Virus record (IMG/VR): IMGVR_UViG_3300004244_000010
Coordinates: 7,322-71,321 of that record
Strand: one strand, 5' to 3'
Origin: a virus
Lineage: Duplodnaviria > Caudoviricetes
DNA length: 64,000 bases
Below the pieces are notes generated by a model. The model searched no databases and was not told the origin of the DNA. It saw only the letters and a program-made list of their open reading frames with translations. Shown piece after piece: positions 1 to 11,200 of this stretch. Made by a program: the position numbers and the translations under genes. Each line of letters begins with the position of its first letter. Position 1 is the first letter of the stretch.

Positions 1-41
1 TGACCGCGCCCTGCCCCACCACGCGTGTTCTCTGCCATGAC

Positions 42-248
42 TCAGCGTGCCTTCATTCCAAAGTCGCCACGCAGCGCGCGGAGCAGCGTCACGACAGTGG
101 AGCCTGCTGCACAGGTGATCAGGGCGCTGCTGAAATCACCGGCCAGCATTTGCGAGCATGCCAGCAGAGAAGCGGCGACAAACGGAACCAGAAGAACGGG
201 CTGCTTCAGCATTTCGAGTACCTGGTCGATGGTGGTGGCGTTGCTCAT
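42..248 (-). CDS. Small membrane protein, unknown function
   Basis: ATG at 248 with GGAGAG 5 nt upstream; two hydrophobic stretches. Confidence 0.45.
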   Translation of the reverse strand: MSNATTIDQVLEMLKQPVLLVPFVAASLLACSQMLAGDFSSALITCAAGSTVVTLLRALRGDFGMKAR

Positions 249-338
249 GATGCTCTCCAAATTGCTGGTGTCGATGGCTTTACTGTAATACCTTTTTCAA
301 ACATTGCAAATGTTTTTTGTAACACCCAAATCAAACAA

Positions 339-1649
339 TCAAGCAGCACGTATTGGCACCACGCTGGCGGCTGGGGTCGCCAGGTAGGCGCACCATGAGT
401 CCATCAGCGCGCGGCGCTCGCCTATGAACTGGGCCCTGTTGTATGCAGCCTTCACCTTGTCGGCCTCCCTATGCGCCAGGCACGCCTCCACCACCTCGGG
501 GCGAGCGGCCGCGGTCTCGTTCGCCCAAGTCGAGAACGTAGCTCGACACAGCCCGTGAACAGTCGTGCGTTCGCGCATCTGCATGCGCCCCAGCAAGGTC
601 AACATGGCCATGTTGGACAGGGGCTTCCCTGGGGCTCTCGGCTTGCCCACCGACAGCGGCGAAGGGAAGACCAGCCGCCTATCCTGGCCAAGCTGCCCAC
701 GCACGATCTCAAGTGCGCGCGCCGACAGGTATACGGTGTGCTCTTCGCCTCCCTTCATGAGATCGGCCGGGATCACCCACAGGCCTGCCTCCAGGTCGAA
801 TTGCGCCCATGCCGCCTGCAGGACCTCGCCAGTGCGTGAAGCGGTGAGCACCGCGAATTCCAGACCGCGCGCTGCCGTGCCAAGCTCGGAGCGCAGGGCC
901 GCCATGAAAGCTGGCGCCTCCCGATACGGCAAGGCAGCAAACTCGCCGCGCACACGCTTGGTCTGAGCCTCGCCCAACTTCCTGCGGATCGCCGCGGCCG
1001 GATTGGACGCACAGCGCTTGTGGAAGATGGCATCCTCAAACACGGCATCAAGGCGCTGCCGAATGCGCTGCAGCGTTTCCGGTACGTGCTTGCTCTTGTC
1101 GTCCAGCGCGCGGATCTTGGTAAGCGCGGCGAGCAGCTGCGGCGCATCGATCTCGGCAATGGGCGCGCGCCATACCTCCGCAGGCACGTGGTTCTCCAAG
1201 GAGTTGATCCACTGAGCGGCATGCTTTGCGGTGCGGCTCAGTTCGATCACGCGTCCGTGATAGTCGCGTGCGGCCCTGGCCAAGGTCATGTGCTCCCGAC
1301 GCTTCGCCGCTCTGGCTTGCTTGTCCGCTTCCTGTGCTGCGGCCTTAGCCTTCGCCCTATCATCGATCGGATCCAGGCCGCGCAGTAGGACCGCACGAGC
1401 TTCGTGCGCCAAGTCGCGGGCCCCAGACAGGCTGTCGCCCACCTGAGCAGCGCTCCCGCGCCGCACTACCCCTAACCCCATCTCGCGCCGACGACCGCCC
1501 GGGGCGGTGTACCTGAAAACCCAGCTGCAGGACGCACCGCGCACGCGCAGCAGCAAGCCGCCGCCGTCTGTGTGGTCGCCATCTGGAGCTGTTTGAACCT
1601 CGCGCACCGTGAGTAGGTGCAGCTTTGCCGCGGTCCTTGATCGAGCCAT
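339..1649 (-). CDS. int: P4-family tyrosine integrase
   Basis: N-terminal arm domain DGGGLLLRVRGASCSWVFRYT; catalytic region SRTGEV, MKGGEEH, HGLCRATF, LAH, AYNR. ATG at 1649. Confidence 0.95.
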   Translation of the reverse strand: MARSRTAAKLHLLTVREVQTAPDGDHTDGGGLLLRVRGASCSWVFRYTAPGGRRREMGLGVVRRGSAAQVGDSLSGARDLAHEARAVLLRGLDPIDDRAKAKAAAQEADKQARAAKRREHMTLARAARDYHGRVIELSRTAKHAAQWINSLENHVPAEVWRAPIAEIDAPQLLAALTKIRALDDKSKHVPETLQRIRQRLDAVFEDAIFHKRCASNPAAAIRRKLGEAQTKRVRGEFAALPYREAPAFMAALRSELGTAARGLEFAVLTASRTGEVLQAAWAQFDLEAGLWVIPADLMKGGEEHTVYLSARALEIVRGQLGQDRRLVFPSPLSVGKPRAPGKPLSNMAMLTLLGRMQMRERTTVHGLCRATFSTWANETAAARPEVVEACLAHREADKVKAAYNRAQFIGERRALMDSWCAYLATPAASVVPIRAA

Positions 1650-1671
1650 TGCAGTCCCCTTTCGACAGTCT

Positions 1672-1692
1672 GTCCGCCAGTTGGTCCGCCAG
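1672..1692. repeat. Direct repeat GTCCGCCAG x2, probable arm-type site of the P4-like integrase
   Basis: Copies at 1672-1680 and 1684-1692, between att and the int start. Confidence 0.5.
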
Positions 1693-1771
1693 AAAGTAGC
1701 GGAGTTCTGATGCACTCAAGCGCAGCATTGCTGCACGTAAGACAGTGTCGACGAGGGAAAAACAGCCGTCA

Positions 1772-1784
1772 AATCAACGACTTA
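1772..1784 (+). promoter_or_regulatory. IHF binding site
   Basis: AATCAACGACTTA matches the WATCAA-N4-TTR consensus, next to att. Confidence 0.75.
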
Positions 1785-1789
1785 AGAAA

Positions 1790-1837
1790 AATCCCCCTGC
1801 ACGTTAACTGCACTGTCGTGCACGTTGCAGGGGGATT
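1790..1837. terminator. Hairpin downstream of the displaced tRNA 3' end
   Basis: AATCCCCCTGCA (1790-1801) / TGCAGGGGGATT (1826-1837) inverted repeat; on the minus strand it is followed by TTTCTT. Confidence 0.6.
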
Positions 1838-1838
1838 G

Positions 1839-1870
1839 TCCTGGAGGAGAGGGGGGGATTCGAACCCCCG
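1839..1870. repeat. att core (left prophage junction), duplicated tRNA-Ser 3' end
   Basis: TCCTGGAGGAGAGGGGGGGATTCGAACCCCCG, identical to 62532-62563. Confidence 0.97.
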
Positions 1871-1926
1871 CACATATTGGCTGCAGCCCGCGCCAATACT
1901 AGCTTCCAGCAGTTTTCCGTTTCCAG

Positions 1927-1945
1927 CATGTGAGAAACATGTGAA
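1927..1945. repeat. Arm-type integrase sites (CATGTGA x2, 11-bp period)
   Basis: CATGTGAGAAACATGTGAA; near-identical CATGTGAAAAACATGTGAA at 62424-62442 inside the other end. Confidence 0.75.
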
Positions 1946-1966
1946 TTTGCCAGACACCTTAGCTGT

Positions 1967-1985
1967 ATCCGTTCGCGACTACACT
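1967..1985 (+). promoter_or_regulatory. Operator-like half site abutting a -10 (TACACT) upstream of the lipoprotein gene
   Basis: ATCCGTTCGCGACT followed by ACACT, the same register as the other phage promoters; -35 is poor. Confidence 0.4.
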
Positions 1986-2007
1986 CCCTCGATACCAGGG
2001 GGAAATC

Positions 2008-2235
2008 ATGCGAAAACTCGCGCTCACCATGCTCGCCGTGGCACTCAGCGGCTGCGCCGCCCAGGTCATCAGTTCCAGCCCGAGATCCGTGGTCGTGAAG
2101 GCCAGCCCGCTAAAGCCCCAAGAGGCTCAAGACCTGGCCAGCGCCGAATGTGCTAAGCATGGGCGACATGCACAGCTGGCGGGCCGCCCAGATCCTGAAG
2201 GCCCGCCGCAGTGGCTGTTCAACTGCACTACCTGA
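2008..2235 (+). CDS. Small lipoprotein (moron; possible superinfection exclusion)
   Basis: Signal peptide with lipobox LSGC, two further Cys; GGGGGA upstream; opposite strand to the late operon. Confidence 0.8.
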   Translation: MRKLALTMLAVALSGCAAQVISSSPRSVVVKASPLKPQEAQDLASAECAKHGRHAQLAGRPDPEGPPQWLFNCTT

Positions 2236-5200
2236 GCTTGTCGGCCAGGTCGCGCATGACCTTGGCCTTCTTCTCCTGCTCGACCTGCGCCGCCTGCTGA
2301 AACTCGTCCGCGCTGATCTTGTTCGTCTGGCGCTGGCGCTTCAGCTGCGCAATGTTGCGGTCGATCTCTGCCGTCTCAGCGGCAGCCTTGGCCTGCAGAT
2401 TGCGGCGCATCACATCGGCCGGATAGCTGCCCAGCTTCAGCCCAAACGACGCCGCCACTGCCTGCGTGACCGACATTTCCCGCCCAAAGGCATCGGTCCG
2501 GCCCTTGGCTGCGTCCACCACGCCAGTCGTGGCATAGGTGCCGGGCAGGCCCAGCACGTTCGGCGCGAAGGCCTTGTAGAGGTGGTCCGCCACCTTGCCG
2601 GCCTGCTGCGTGGCCGTGTCGGTTTCCAGGCTGATCGCTTTGCCGGTGAAGGCTGAGCGGTTCAGCAGCAGCTCGCCCATGATCACCAGCGGGCCGCCGG
2701 GCTGCAGGCCGGGAAGCACCGGCACCGCGGAGTGCCCCTGCCCAACGTCCAGCACATCACCCACGGGGATGAAGCGGCGGATGTCCAGGTAGATCGGTGA
2801 GCCGTTGGCATCGTTCCAGGGCATGCGGATGAGCTTGGGCACCATGCCCCAGATCTTTCCAGCCTTCTCTTCCGGCAGCAGCTTGCGCTCATCGTCATCA
2901 CCGCCGCCGCCGATCGCCACGCCCAGCGCGTTCAGCGCGCCGGCCAGCATCATCAGCTTCATCAGCTTGTGCGGCCGCTTGCCCATGGTTTCCAGCAGCA
3001 TAGGCACAGCCCGGTAGGTGAAGGAAATGAACGGCCAGCCTGAATTGCGCATGGCCTGGATCCAGGGAGCATTCACGCTGTAATCCAGGAAGGACTTGCG
3101 CGATACCTTGCCGGCGGCCAGGTCCGTCGCGCCATCCTCCTTGGCCTTGAGCCAGGCGGCCAGCCGGAACACATCGTCCTCGGACTGGTAGAGCTCCAGC
3201 AGCGAGGTTGCCTCGGTGCCGATAACCTTGCCGGGCTTCGAGCCCTTGAAGGCTTCCCAGGCGCTCGGGAAACGCAGCATCAGCGCATGCTGCAGGGCTG
3301 TCATCACACCCACCTGGGCCTGCACCGATTGCCCGGCCGTCGCAGCCAGTTCAGCCTCAAGCGACGCCAGCAGGGGCTCGAGCTGTCCCTTGGAGATCTC
3401 GTTGGTGGCCCAGCCGCCGATGTCGCCGCCGGAGTCCTTGTAGCGATTCAGGATCTGGGCCGCGGCCTCACGGTCAGCGATGCCGGCGCGCGCCGCCGCG
3501 TTGCCCGCCCGCCCGATCGCGCCCTTGCCATCGCGGCCGTGGGCGGCCAGCAGGATCCGCAGGGCCTTGGCGGTGTGCGTCGCGCCGACATCGTGCCAGT
3601 CAGCCATCACGAAGTTCGACATCACGTTGTTCATGTGCACCGCTGGGCTGAGGGCGGTTTTGGCCGTCTTCCACATGGACAGGATCTGCGCATAGGTGTC
3701 ACCGAGGGGCTTGAACTGGCCATTCACCGTCTGGCGCAGGTCGTTCCAGACTGGGCCGGGCAGGTAGCGGCCGGCGAGCTTGCCGTACTTGGGCACCGCT
3801 GTGCCAGGGATCTTGATGTCTGGCACCCGCACCCACTCGCCTGGCTTGAAGGTGTCCAGGTACCGCTCCGACGCGTCGACCACCTGGCCTGGAATGGTTT
3901 CCCCCTCCTTCAGGGCATAGGTATGGGCCAGCCACTCCAGGTGGCGGCCAACCTCCACGTCATGGATCATGCCGTGCAGGGTCTTGGCAATCGCGAACCG
4001 GGCCTCGTCCACCTCACCCATCGTCTCGCGCTCTTCCTTGGTGAAGTCGCGCCACAGCACCACCTTGTCACCCTTGGTGTCGCGAGCCTCCCATGTGCCG
4101 GCCTTGTCCCAATCGCCGTACTTGGCCGGTAGCGCCTCGCCAGCGGGGAAATAGTGCACCTCCAGCAGCTTGCCCCGTGCCTTGCCCTCCATGCCTTCCA
4201 GCGGCGTTGTGCCCTCACCGCTGGCGGAATGCCGCTCCAGGCGCAGGAACTTCTCGCCCTTGAGGCTGGCATCGGCCTTGCCGGCCTGGGTCTTGCGCTT
4301 CCACCACTCCGGCGCGACGTTCTTGATCTGCTGCATGGTGGCGGCCTCGGTCAGGCCGCGGCCCTTGTACTGGTCGCCCAGGATCGAGATCACGCGCGAG
4401 CGCTTGGCCTTCTCGCCAGTGGTCTGCTCGATCACATGCTTGGCATAGGAGCGACGCAGATAGGCGAACTTGTTGCGCTCGTAGGCGTCGGGCGTCAGCT
4501 GCCCCATCGCCACCGCATCGCGCGACAGGCGATCGATCATCTGCTGCACCTCCTGCAGTACCACCACCGACTCGGCGGGCAACTGGTCCATCAGCGCCTT
4601 CGCTTCGGCCGGGTTCACCTCATTCATCCAGGCATAGGCCACCCGGCTTTCGGCGCGGGTCAGGGTCGACAGCTTCTCGATCAGCGCGCCGGCCTGGCGC
4701 AGCTGCACGCGCTGGCGGCCCTGCAGCATGGCGCGCTGGTCGATCACCGCCTCGGGCACACCATAGTCGGACACCACGCCGGCCTTGATGGTTTCGGGGG
4801 TGTAGCGATCCAGCAGGTAGCCAGCCCGGCCGTAGATGGCGCCCATCAGGCGCTCGATGCCAGTCACCCGGGCAAGGCCCTTGGCAATCGCATCGATCGG
4901 CGCGCGGCTGCCGGCCTTGGTCTGGACGATGACCTCGGCGCGCTGGGCGGCATCCGCCTGGGTCGGGGCGCGGCTCAGCAAGGAATCGGCCGGATTCTTT
5001 GTGCGCCAGAGCGCGGCCAGCTTCTCGAACAGCGGATAGTTCCTGGCAAGCAGATCTTCGATGTCGGCATAGCCGCGCGCACGCGCCTCGGCCTGCAGCC
5101 ACTTCTCTTGGCGCGCGATGTCATCGGCCAGCGTGCCGGACAGCATGGTGACGCCGGCGGCATCCTTCAGGCTGCCGCCGCGCTTACCGGCCATATAGTC

Positions 5201-8200
5201 GCGCGCGGCCTGCACCAGGTTGGCGACGAACAGATCGGCGCGCTCCTGGTCGCTCAGCGTGCCATCAAGCCAGGCCCCCAGCTTGTCCGCCAACTTCACA
5301 TAGCCGCGCTGCGCCAGCCAGTCCCGCACCTCGGAAGTCAGCTTGCGCCACCCCTTGAGCTTGACCAACTGGCTGGTCGGGATGTCCACAATCACCTCTT
5401 CGGTGGCCTCAGCGATCGACAACTTGCCGCGGCGCTGCAACTCGGTGGCCGCTCGGCGCACGCTGGCGTTGTTCGCGTAGATCATGGCCATTGCAGAGCG
5501 AAGCGATCGGCCCAGCACTGCGCGCAGCCCCAGGTGGGCGGCCTCGTGCTCAGCCAGCACATGCTCAGCGCGGGCTTCGTCCTGCAGCCCGGACGCGAAC
5601 AGGTAGAACTCGCCGCCGTGCATGGCGCCCTCAACGTCGTTCCAGGCGCCCTGCTGCAGGATGTAGAGCTTCAGTGCAGGTGGTGCGCCGGATGGATCCT
5701 TGAGCACATGCACCGCCGGCATATTGGGCATGCCGGCCTTGATGCGATCGGCCAGGGCCTGCAAGGCCTTGATATCCATGCCGCTGCTGCCGGCGCCGCG
5801 CGACAGCTTTGAGCCCTCGGGGCTGGCCTGCTCTACCAGCCGGGCGGCCCAATCTGCGACCGCGCCGCCGTTGCTCGCTACCGCCTTTGCCACCGCCGCT
5901 TCAGCATTGGGGGCGTCGATGGTGAACCCTTGCTTGGTATCGATGCGCTCCACCCAGAAAGGCTTGTCATTGCCATCGGCCACGATCGCGGCCTCGATCT
6001 CCTGTGCCTCCTTCACCTTGTCGGCCAGCATTTGGGCCATGGGGAAAGGCGTCTCCAAGCGGCTGGCCAGCGCGTCCATCTGGGCGCGCGCCTCGGTCAT
6101 CCAGGTGCGCATGCGGGCCGGAAGCCGTGCCACATCGGCAATGGCGTTCTGCGCGCGCATGGCCAGGCCGGTCAGATTCGTACCCGGGTCCGTCACCAGG
6201 GTGGCATGCGCGGGCGTGTCCAGATCCAGGCGCGGCAGGTAATGGCCGGCCGCCTGCTCGGACCGGAAAGTGACATCAAATCCAGAGATCGACCCCACGT
6301 AGGTCGGCTTGGTTTCAACCCGGGCGGACAGCTCCTTGAACTTGTCCACCAGGGCCTGCGCCCACTCGGTCCGACCGTCAAAGGTCTTCCCGCCCACCTT
6401 GGCCTTGAACTTGTCGCCGGACAGATCCTGCACCTTGCCGGCGTCAGCCTCCGCCGCCGGCAGGCGCGCGGAGTTGAAGTTGGCGGTGTCGTTGGCGATC
6501 TGGTACTGCTGGCGGAAGCGCTGGCGCTGGTCCTCGTGCGCCCGGTACAGCCGCTGCAGCTTCTCGATCTCGGCTTTTGCGCCGGCCAGCTGCAGCACGC
6601 GCGGATCCTCGGCCACCATGGCCGCGGCCAGGTCGTACTGGCTCTGGCTATCCAGGTCTTCGATCTCGCGCAGGTTGGCATCGCCGGACAGGGCCTGGTC
6701 GATGAAGAACTGCTTGGACGCGAGCATCTTCCACATGTTCTCGTCGTAGGTGCCCTTGGCGGCGTAGGCGAAGACCTGCACCAGCGGGTTCTTGTTGCCC
6801 TGCCGCACGATGCGCCCCTCGCGCTGCTCCAGATCTGCTGGATACCAAGGCGAGTCCAGGTGGAACAGCGCCTTGAGTCGCTGCTGCGCATTCACGCCCG
6901 TGCCCATGTTCTTGCTGGACCCGATCAGGATGCGCACGCGGCCTGCATTCACGTCCTTGAAGAGCTTGAGCTTGTCGGAGGACTTCTTGTAGTCCGACAT
7001 GAAGGCGACCTGCCCCATCGGAATACCAGACTCGCGCAGGCGCTTCTCAAACCAGGCGCGCGCGTTGAAGCCGCGCGACGCGGCCACGCCGGCGCCAAAG
7101 CCGAGGTCAGAGAACACCATCATCGAGGCGCCCTTGTTCGGCTCGACCTGGCCGGCCTTGTCCAAGAACTCCATGCTGGCCGTGTCTTTGGCCGTGCGAA
7201 CCACGTCATCGATCAGGCGATTGAGCTTTGAGTCCGGGTCGCTTGGGAGCGACGGGTCCATGAACCGCATATCGATCGCCGCCAGGCGCCCATCACCAAT
7301 GATCTTGATGATGGGGTCCGGGTTGTTGGGCTCATCCTTGCTCGGCTTCCAGTCGCGCGAGGCCTGCATACGCGCCTCCAGTTCCTTCTGGAAGGCGGCG
7401 TAGTCGGCGCCCTTGGGCGTGATGATGATCTTGCGGGCGCCGCCCTCGACGCGCGGCCGCTTGTCGCCCAGCAGGGCCGCCAGGTGGTCCGAGGTCAGCA
7501 CATCCGCGAACTCGCGGAACATTTGCGTGAGCTCGGGCACGTTGACGAACTTGCTGAAGCGCGTCACCGGCTCATACTTGCCGGCGGCGTTGGGCTCAAG
7601 CACGGTGTTCTCGCGGCCGAACATCGAGGCCCATGAATCGAAGTCTTCCAGATTCCGGTCCGCCAGCGCCTGGCGATCCATGAACTTCTGCACCGTATAG
7701 AGCTCGGCCAGGGTGTTCGTCACCGGCGTACCGGATGCCATCACAAGTGATCGGCCGGGGGTCTTCTCTTCCAGGTAGCGGGACTTCATGTAGAGGTCGA
7801 AGGCGCGCGCAGAACCCGCGGAGCTGATGCCCTTGACCTGGCGATTGGTCGCAAAGTCCAGCTTTCGGTACTCGTGCGCCTCATCGACATACAGGAAGTC
7901 CGCGCCGAGCTCATCGAAGCGGACGTTCTTGTCCTTGCCGACCGACGACAGCGCCGCCTCCAGCTTCTGCTCCATGTTCTCGATCTGCTTTTCGATCTGC
8001 TTGATCTTTGGATCCTTGCGGCCACCCGACTTGCCATCCTCGCCGCCAGCTTCCTCCAGCGCAGCACGCAGGTACTCCAGCTGTTCCTCGATCATCTTGG
8101 CCTTGAATTCGGGATCCAGGTCCAGCAGCTTGAATGCCGAATGCGTGATCACCACACCATCGAGATCCGACAGGGCGACGCGCGACACGAAGCGGCGCCG

Positions 8201-11200
8201 GTTGTCGGTGTGGAAATTGTTCTCGTCGGCCACCATGAGGCGGGCCGCCGGGTAGAGCTGCTGCCACTCGCTGGCGAACTGCTGCAGCATGTGGTTGGGC
8301 ACCACGACCATCGGCTTCTTGATCAGGCCCAAGCGCTTTTGCTCCATGGCCGAGATCACCATTTGGAAGGTCTTGCCGGATCCCACCGCATGCGCAAGGT
8401 AGGTGTTGCCACGCTGCACAATGCGCCAGGCGCCGCGCTTGACGTGATCGAACACGCTGAAGGTCTTCGATGCCCCTGGCAGGGTCAGGTGGCGGCCGTC
8501 GAAGGCCCGCGGCACCGTCGTGTTGAAGGTGTCGTTGTAGATCTGCACCAGGCGGTCGGTCCGTTCTGCGTCGCGCCACAGCCAAGACTGAAACTCGTTG
8601 CGCAGGGCCTCCAGCTTCTGATTCGCCGCCTCGGTCGCTGACGCATCAAACACCGACTTGGCATCGCTGCCACTACCCACCTTGGACTCCACGCGGATCT
8701 TCCGACCGGTCAGCGCATGCTCAAGCAGATCACCGGCGTTGCGCCGGTCGGTGCCCCAGTCTGCGGTAGCGCGCATGCTGCTGCCGCCGCTGCGCTCTTC
8801 CACGATCCACTGCTTGGTGCGGGGGTTCCACTCGACGCGCGCGCGCACGCCGGCCGTCTCCTGGATGAACTGCTGGTAGATCTCGCCGGGGATCCAGTTC
8901 ATGCCCAGGCCAGCATTGATCTGGCTGGGGGTCTTGGGCGCTGGCTGAGCGGCCTCGAGGGCCGACACATTGCGCTCCAGGCTCTTGTCGGCCTTGAGGG
9001 CCTCGCGCGCCACGTCCAGCTTGCGCTTCACGTTGCCGCTGAGGTAGTCGTCCGCCGTCACCCACCCGCCCTCGGGGTCGCGGTACACGGCCGAGCCCAG
9101 TGCCTCGATTGCTTCAGCCTCGCTCATGCCCAGCCGATTGGCGATGGTGGGCACATCCACATGGCCAAGATCGTTCAGCGTCGACAGCAGCGCATCAGAC
9201 GGGGAGCTGATGGAAGCCTCGACCGGCTTGCCGAGCACGCGCTGGGTCAGGAACTCGCTGGGCTTGATCTCGCCCGAATCGTCGTTCACCTTTTCCAGGG
9301 CCGCCACCAGCGTCCAGTCCGGGTCATCCACCAGCTTGTTCAGCACGGTGTAGACGCGGCGCGCCTCTTCATCGGTGAAGACTTCGCCGGTTTCCTCATC
9401 CGTCACCTTGACCTTGACCGTCTTGGTGGTGAACTGGTTCACATAGCCATGCTTCTTGGTGAAGGCGGCGTAGGCCTTTTGCAGCGCGGCCAGACTGGCC
9501 TCCCAGGCGCCGTCGTTCAGCTGGTCGTAGTGCGCCTGCTTGAGCGCGTCTCGCAGCGGCACGAAGTCCTTGATGAGCTCGATATCCTTGGCCGACTTCA
9601 GCTCCACCCGTTGGCCCACGCCACCCTCGCGCACCATCAGCGCGCCGGCATCGGACACGTAGTAGTTGCCCTCCTTCTTGGCCTTCGGGTTGAAGTCGAT
9701 CTCGCGCACCTTGGCCGCCTCGGCGGCGGACCCGCGATCGGCCGAGTAGATCCCGGAAGGCAGGTTCTCCACCGCCTTGTCGAACAGGGCTTCGATGTCG
9801 CCATCCAGCGGCGTGACGGTGTAGTCGCGGTCCTTGTACATCGAGCCGGTGTCGGCGTGCTGGCCCAGCACCATCGACGGATTGGCATGGAAATATTCGT
9901 TGACGCTGTACTGCGCGCCGTTGACCGTGAGCGGCACCGACTTGGCCCAGGGCTGCGCCTGCTCGAAAGTCTGCCCCGGCACCTTCTTGCGCAGGAACAG
10001 CACATCGGTAACTACCTCGGTCCCGGCGTTCTTCCTGAAGGCTGTCTGTGGCAGGCGAATGGCGCCCACCAGGTCAGCCCGATCGGCCAGGTACTGGCGC
10101 GCCTTGTCGTCCAGCTTGTCCATCGTGTAGCGGCTGGTGACGAACATCACCAGGCCGCCGGGCTTCACGCGGTCAATAGTCTTGGCAAAGAAGTAGTCGT
10201 GCAGCGGCATCGCCAGCTTGCCGTACTCCGGGTCGCCCAGGATCTTGGTGCCAGAGAACGGCGGATTGCCGGCGGCCACGTCGTAGAAGTTCTTCGGCAG
10301 CTTCGAGTCCACAAACGACTCCACCAGGATTCGCTCATCCGGGAACAGCTGCTTCAGGATCCCGCCCGTGATCGAGTCGAACTCGATGCCGGTGTAGATC
10401 GAGTTGTTGGCCATGCCGGCAGGCATCAGGCCGGGAAACACGCCAATGCCGGCGCCGGGCTCCAAGATCGTGCCGCCGTTGAAACCCAGGCGCTCCATCG
10501 CGCGCCACATCGACTGCACCACCGCCTTGCTGGTGTAGTGCGCGTACTGGGTAGAGCGCGAGGCTTCCGCCCACTCGTCGTCGCTCATCACCTTCTGCAG
10601 GCGCTCGCGCAGCTCCAGCCAGCGGCGCGTGCCGGCATCGGGCTTGGCCTTGTCCAGCTGCGCGCGATCGATGCTGGTGACGCTGTAGTAGCTCAGGGGC
10701 GCGCTTGATGCGGCTTGCAGGACGCGGAAGGCCTGGTAGAAACCGGCGTCGCGCGAGTTCAGCGCGCGGCCGAGGCGATCGAGCGCCTGCACCGCACCTT
10801 CGTAGTCGGCCAGCGCCGCGGCCTGCTGGTCCAGTTTCTTGCCGAAGAGGCTGTTGGCCACCTCGGACGATCCCCAGCCGACGAACTTGGCGAGCACCTG
10901 CTGCTCGGCGCGCGTGGCCTGCCGCCCCTCGGCCTGCAGCTTCTTCAGCAGCTCGACCGCATCGACGTTCTGGGCCGCCTTCTTGACCCAGCTGCCCTCA
11001 TAGGTGAGGTCATCCGGCCCGAACTCGTAATTCAGTCCTGACTTTGCGGGGATGTCTCGCCCTGCGGGAACTCCAGCGCGGCGGCCAGCACGGCCTCGCG
11101 GTTCAGCGCCTCGGCCATCTTCATCTTGGCCGCGCACTCCACGGTTCCCAGCCTGTCCCAGTTCTCCTTGATCCGCTGCCGCTGCGTCAGCTGCACCGTT

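Larger units (their letters stand above)
1..1870. mobile_element. Right end of a second integrative element (P4-type integrase island/satellite) in tandem at tRNA-Ser; continues beyond the left edge
   Basis: A P4-family integrase starts ~190 bp downstream of the displaced tRNA 3' end (1839-1870), the typical tRNA-int layout. It has its own IHF site and repeats. Confidence 0.8.

Noticed and set aside
1650-1715. N-terminal extension of the P4 integrase in the ORF track
   Set aside because: It overlaps the arm-repeat region; homology starts at the ATG at 1649.
1840-1870. Second tRNA gene
   Set aside because: Only the T-arm and acceptor 3' strand are present; it is the att duplication.
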